From the NCBI GenBank assembly GCA_028698185.1, contig JAQVDW010000034.1, positions 1 to 17,017 on the forward strand: DNA of 17,017 nt, in the 5' to 3' direction. This DNA comes from Erysipelotrichaceae bacterium (lineage in GTDB: Bacteria > Bacillota_I > Bacilli_A > Erysipelotrichales > Coprobacillaceae). The position numbers were made by a program, and so were the translations under genes. Shown here in pieces: positions 14,938-17,017 of this stretch (the stretch's first letter is position 1; each line of letters opens with the position of its first letter). The notes under the pieces were generated by a model, which saw nothing but the letters and a program-made list of their open reading frames with translations, made no database searches and was not told the origin of the DNA.

Positions 14938-14964
14938 AATCCAAGGGCGTTGCACCCTTGGATT
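14938..14964 (-). promoter_or_regulatory. Intercistronic 10-bp hairpin between gmd and rmd (partial terminator or mRNA stabiliser)
   Basis: The minus strand reads AATCCAAGGG-TGCAACG-CCCTTGGATT followed by TTCGC. The hairpin begins 5 nt after the gmd stop and ends about 6 nt before the rmd RBS (AAAGGAGA). Confidence 0.5.
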
Positions 14965-14969
14965 GATTA

Positions 14970-16034
<1,065 letters not shown>

Positions 16035-16073
16035 TCACTATTTTTTTCAAATTAATATCAATTTTTTCTTATT

Positions 16074-17017
16074 TTATTTGTCCTGATTGTAGTGGATATC
16101 CTTGATGCGGTACTGGACGTCTTCGATGAGTTTCCGGTTGACCGCAATCAGGTCACCTAGAAGCCCCAGGACGATTGTCATGAAGCCAAGCATCATCAGC
16201 GTGCTGGATAGAATCAGCGATTGGATATGCCCGGCACCGGATCCCATGAAGTAGTAGACAAGGAAACGAACCCCGATCCCGGTTCCCACCAGGAAAATAA
16301 CCGTTCCCAGGGTAGCGAAAAATTTCATCGGCTTGTAGACGATGTAGGCCCGAACGATAGTGACCATTGAGCGCTTCACATAACCGAACATGCTGTTGAA
16401 AAGACGTGATGGACGCAATTCACCATTGGTGCGGATCGGCACTGAGGTCATCGCGATCTTTGAGCGCCCTGCCTGAACGATCGTTTCGAGAGTGTAGGTG
16501 TATTCGTTGGTCACGTTCATGGCCATAGCCGCTTCCCGCGAGTAAGCACGGAAGCCGCTAGGGGCATCGGGAATGTCGCTGTTTGAAGCGACCCGCACGA
16601 CCCAACTGCCAAACTTCTGGAGCATCTTTTTCAAGGGTGAGAAGTGCTCAGTCTGGGCGATTGGCCGTTCCCCGATGACGATATCGGTTTTACCTTCGAT
16701 GATAGGACGAACCAGCTTTTCGATGTCGGCACCGTTGTACTGGTTGTCGGCATCGGTATTGACTATGATGTCGGCACCGTTTCTAAGGCAAGCATCCAGA
16801 CCGGCCATGAATCCTTTGGCCAGTCCTTTGTTTCTCTTGAAGTTGACGACATAGTTGATGCCCCAGTTTTTGGCGACTTCAACCGTGTTGTCCTTTGATC
16901 CGTCATTGATGATCAGATATTCGATCTTGTCGACGCCATCGATTTGCTTTGGCAGATCGTTCAATGCTATTTCCAGCGTTTCCGCTTCGTTGTAACACGG
17001 TATTTGAATAATTAATT
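16074..17017 (-). CDS. GT2 polyprenyl-phosphate glycosyltransferase (GtrB/CsbB/ArnC-like), 5' end off-window
   Basis: The frame stays open upstream of the track's TTG start to the window edge, reading LIIQIPCYNEAETLEIALNDLPKQ, which contains the GT2 N-terminal motif. Other blocks are LIINDGSKDNT and NTDADNQY. Two C-terminal TM helices are present (FFATLGTVIFLVGTGIGVRFLVYYF and LILSSTLMMLGFMTIVLGLLGDLIAV), as in GtrB-type enzymes. Confidence 0.8.
   Translation of the reverse strand, partial: LIIQIPCYNEAETLEIALNDLPKQIDGVDKIEYLIINDGSKDNTVEVAKNWGINYVVNFKRNKGLAKGFMAGLDACLRNGADIIVNTDADNQYNGADIEKLVRPIIEGKTDIVIGERPIAQTEHFSPLKKMLQKFGSWVVRVASNSDIPDAPSGFRAYSREAAMAMNVTNEYTYTLETIVQAGRSKIAMTSVPIRTNGELRPSRLFNSMFGYVKRSMVTIVRAYIVYKPMKFFATLGTVIFLVGTGIGVRFLVYYFMGSGAGHIQSLILSSTLMMLGFMTIVLGLLGDLIAVNRKLIEDVQYRIKDIHYNQDK

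Overview
About 44% GC and Firmicutes-like (GGAGG-type RBSs, TTGACA-N17-TATAAT promoters, ChW repeats). Almost every gene is on the minus strand. From 5.0 to 17.0 kb there is a cell-envelope polysaccharide locus. It contains a partial GtrB/CsbB-like GT2, gmd and an rmd-like reductase (GDP-6-deoxyhexose branch), a divergent ugd, and an LtaS/sulfatase-family protein. It also contains a Cps2A-like LCP protein, then cpsB phosphatase, cpsD BY-kinase, cpsC modulator, a second divergent LCP paralogue and an acidic orphan surface protein. From 1.9 to 4.8 kb lies a secreted GH73 glucosaminidase-Big_2-ChW autolysin that is split into two overlapping ORFs, most simply by a 1-nt frameshift. From 1 to 1.9 kb lies a pile of decayed mobile elements. 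A group II intron sits directly behind the autolysin terminator. Its RT ORF is cut right after YADD by the GTGCG 5' end of a second, related intron. That second intron is in turn cut off near the 3' end of a transposase gene entering from the left edge. I found no rRNA, tRNA, CRISPR array or recognisable defence system. The least expected items are the intron-in-intron nesting and a consensus promoter plus terminator forming a roughly 60-nt orphan transcription unit upstream of the LCP gene. All domain calls come from motif recognition by eye, and no database search was run.
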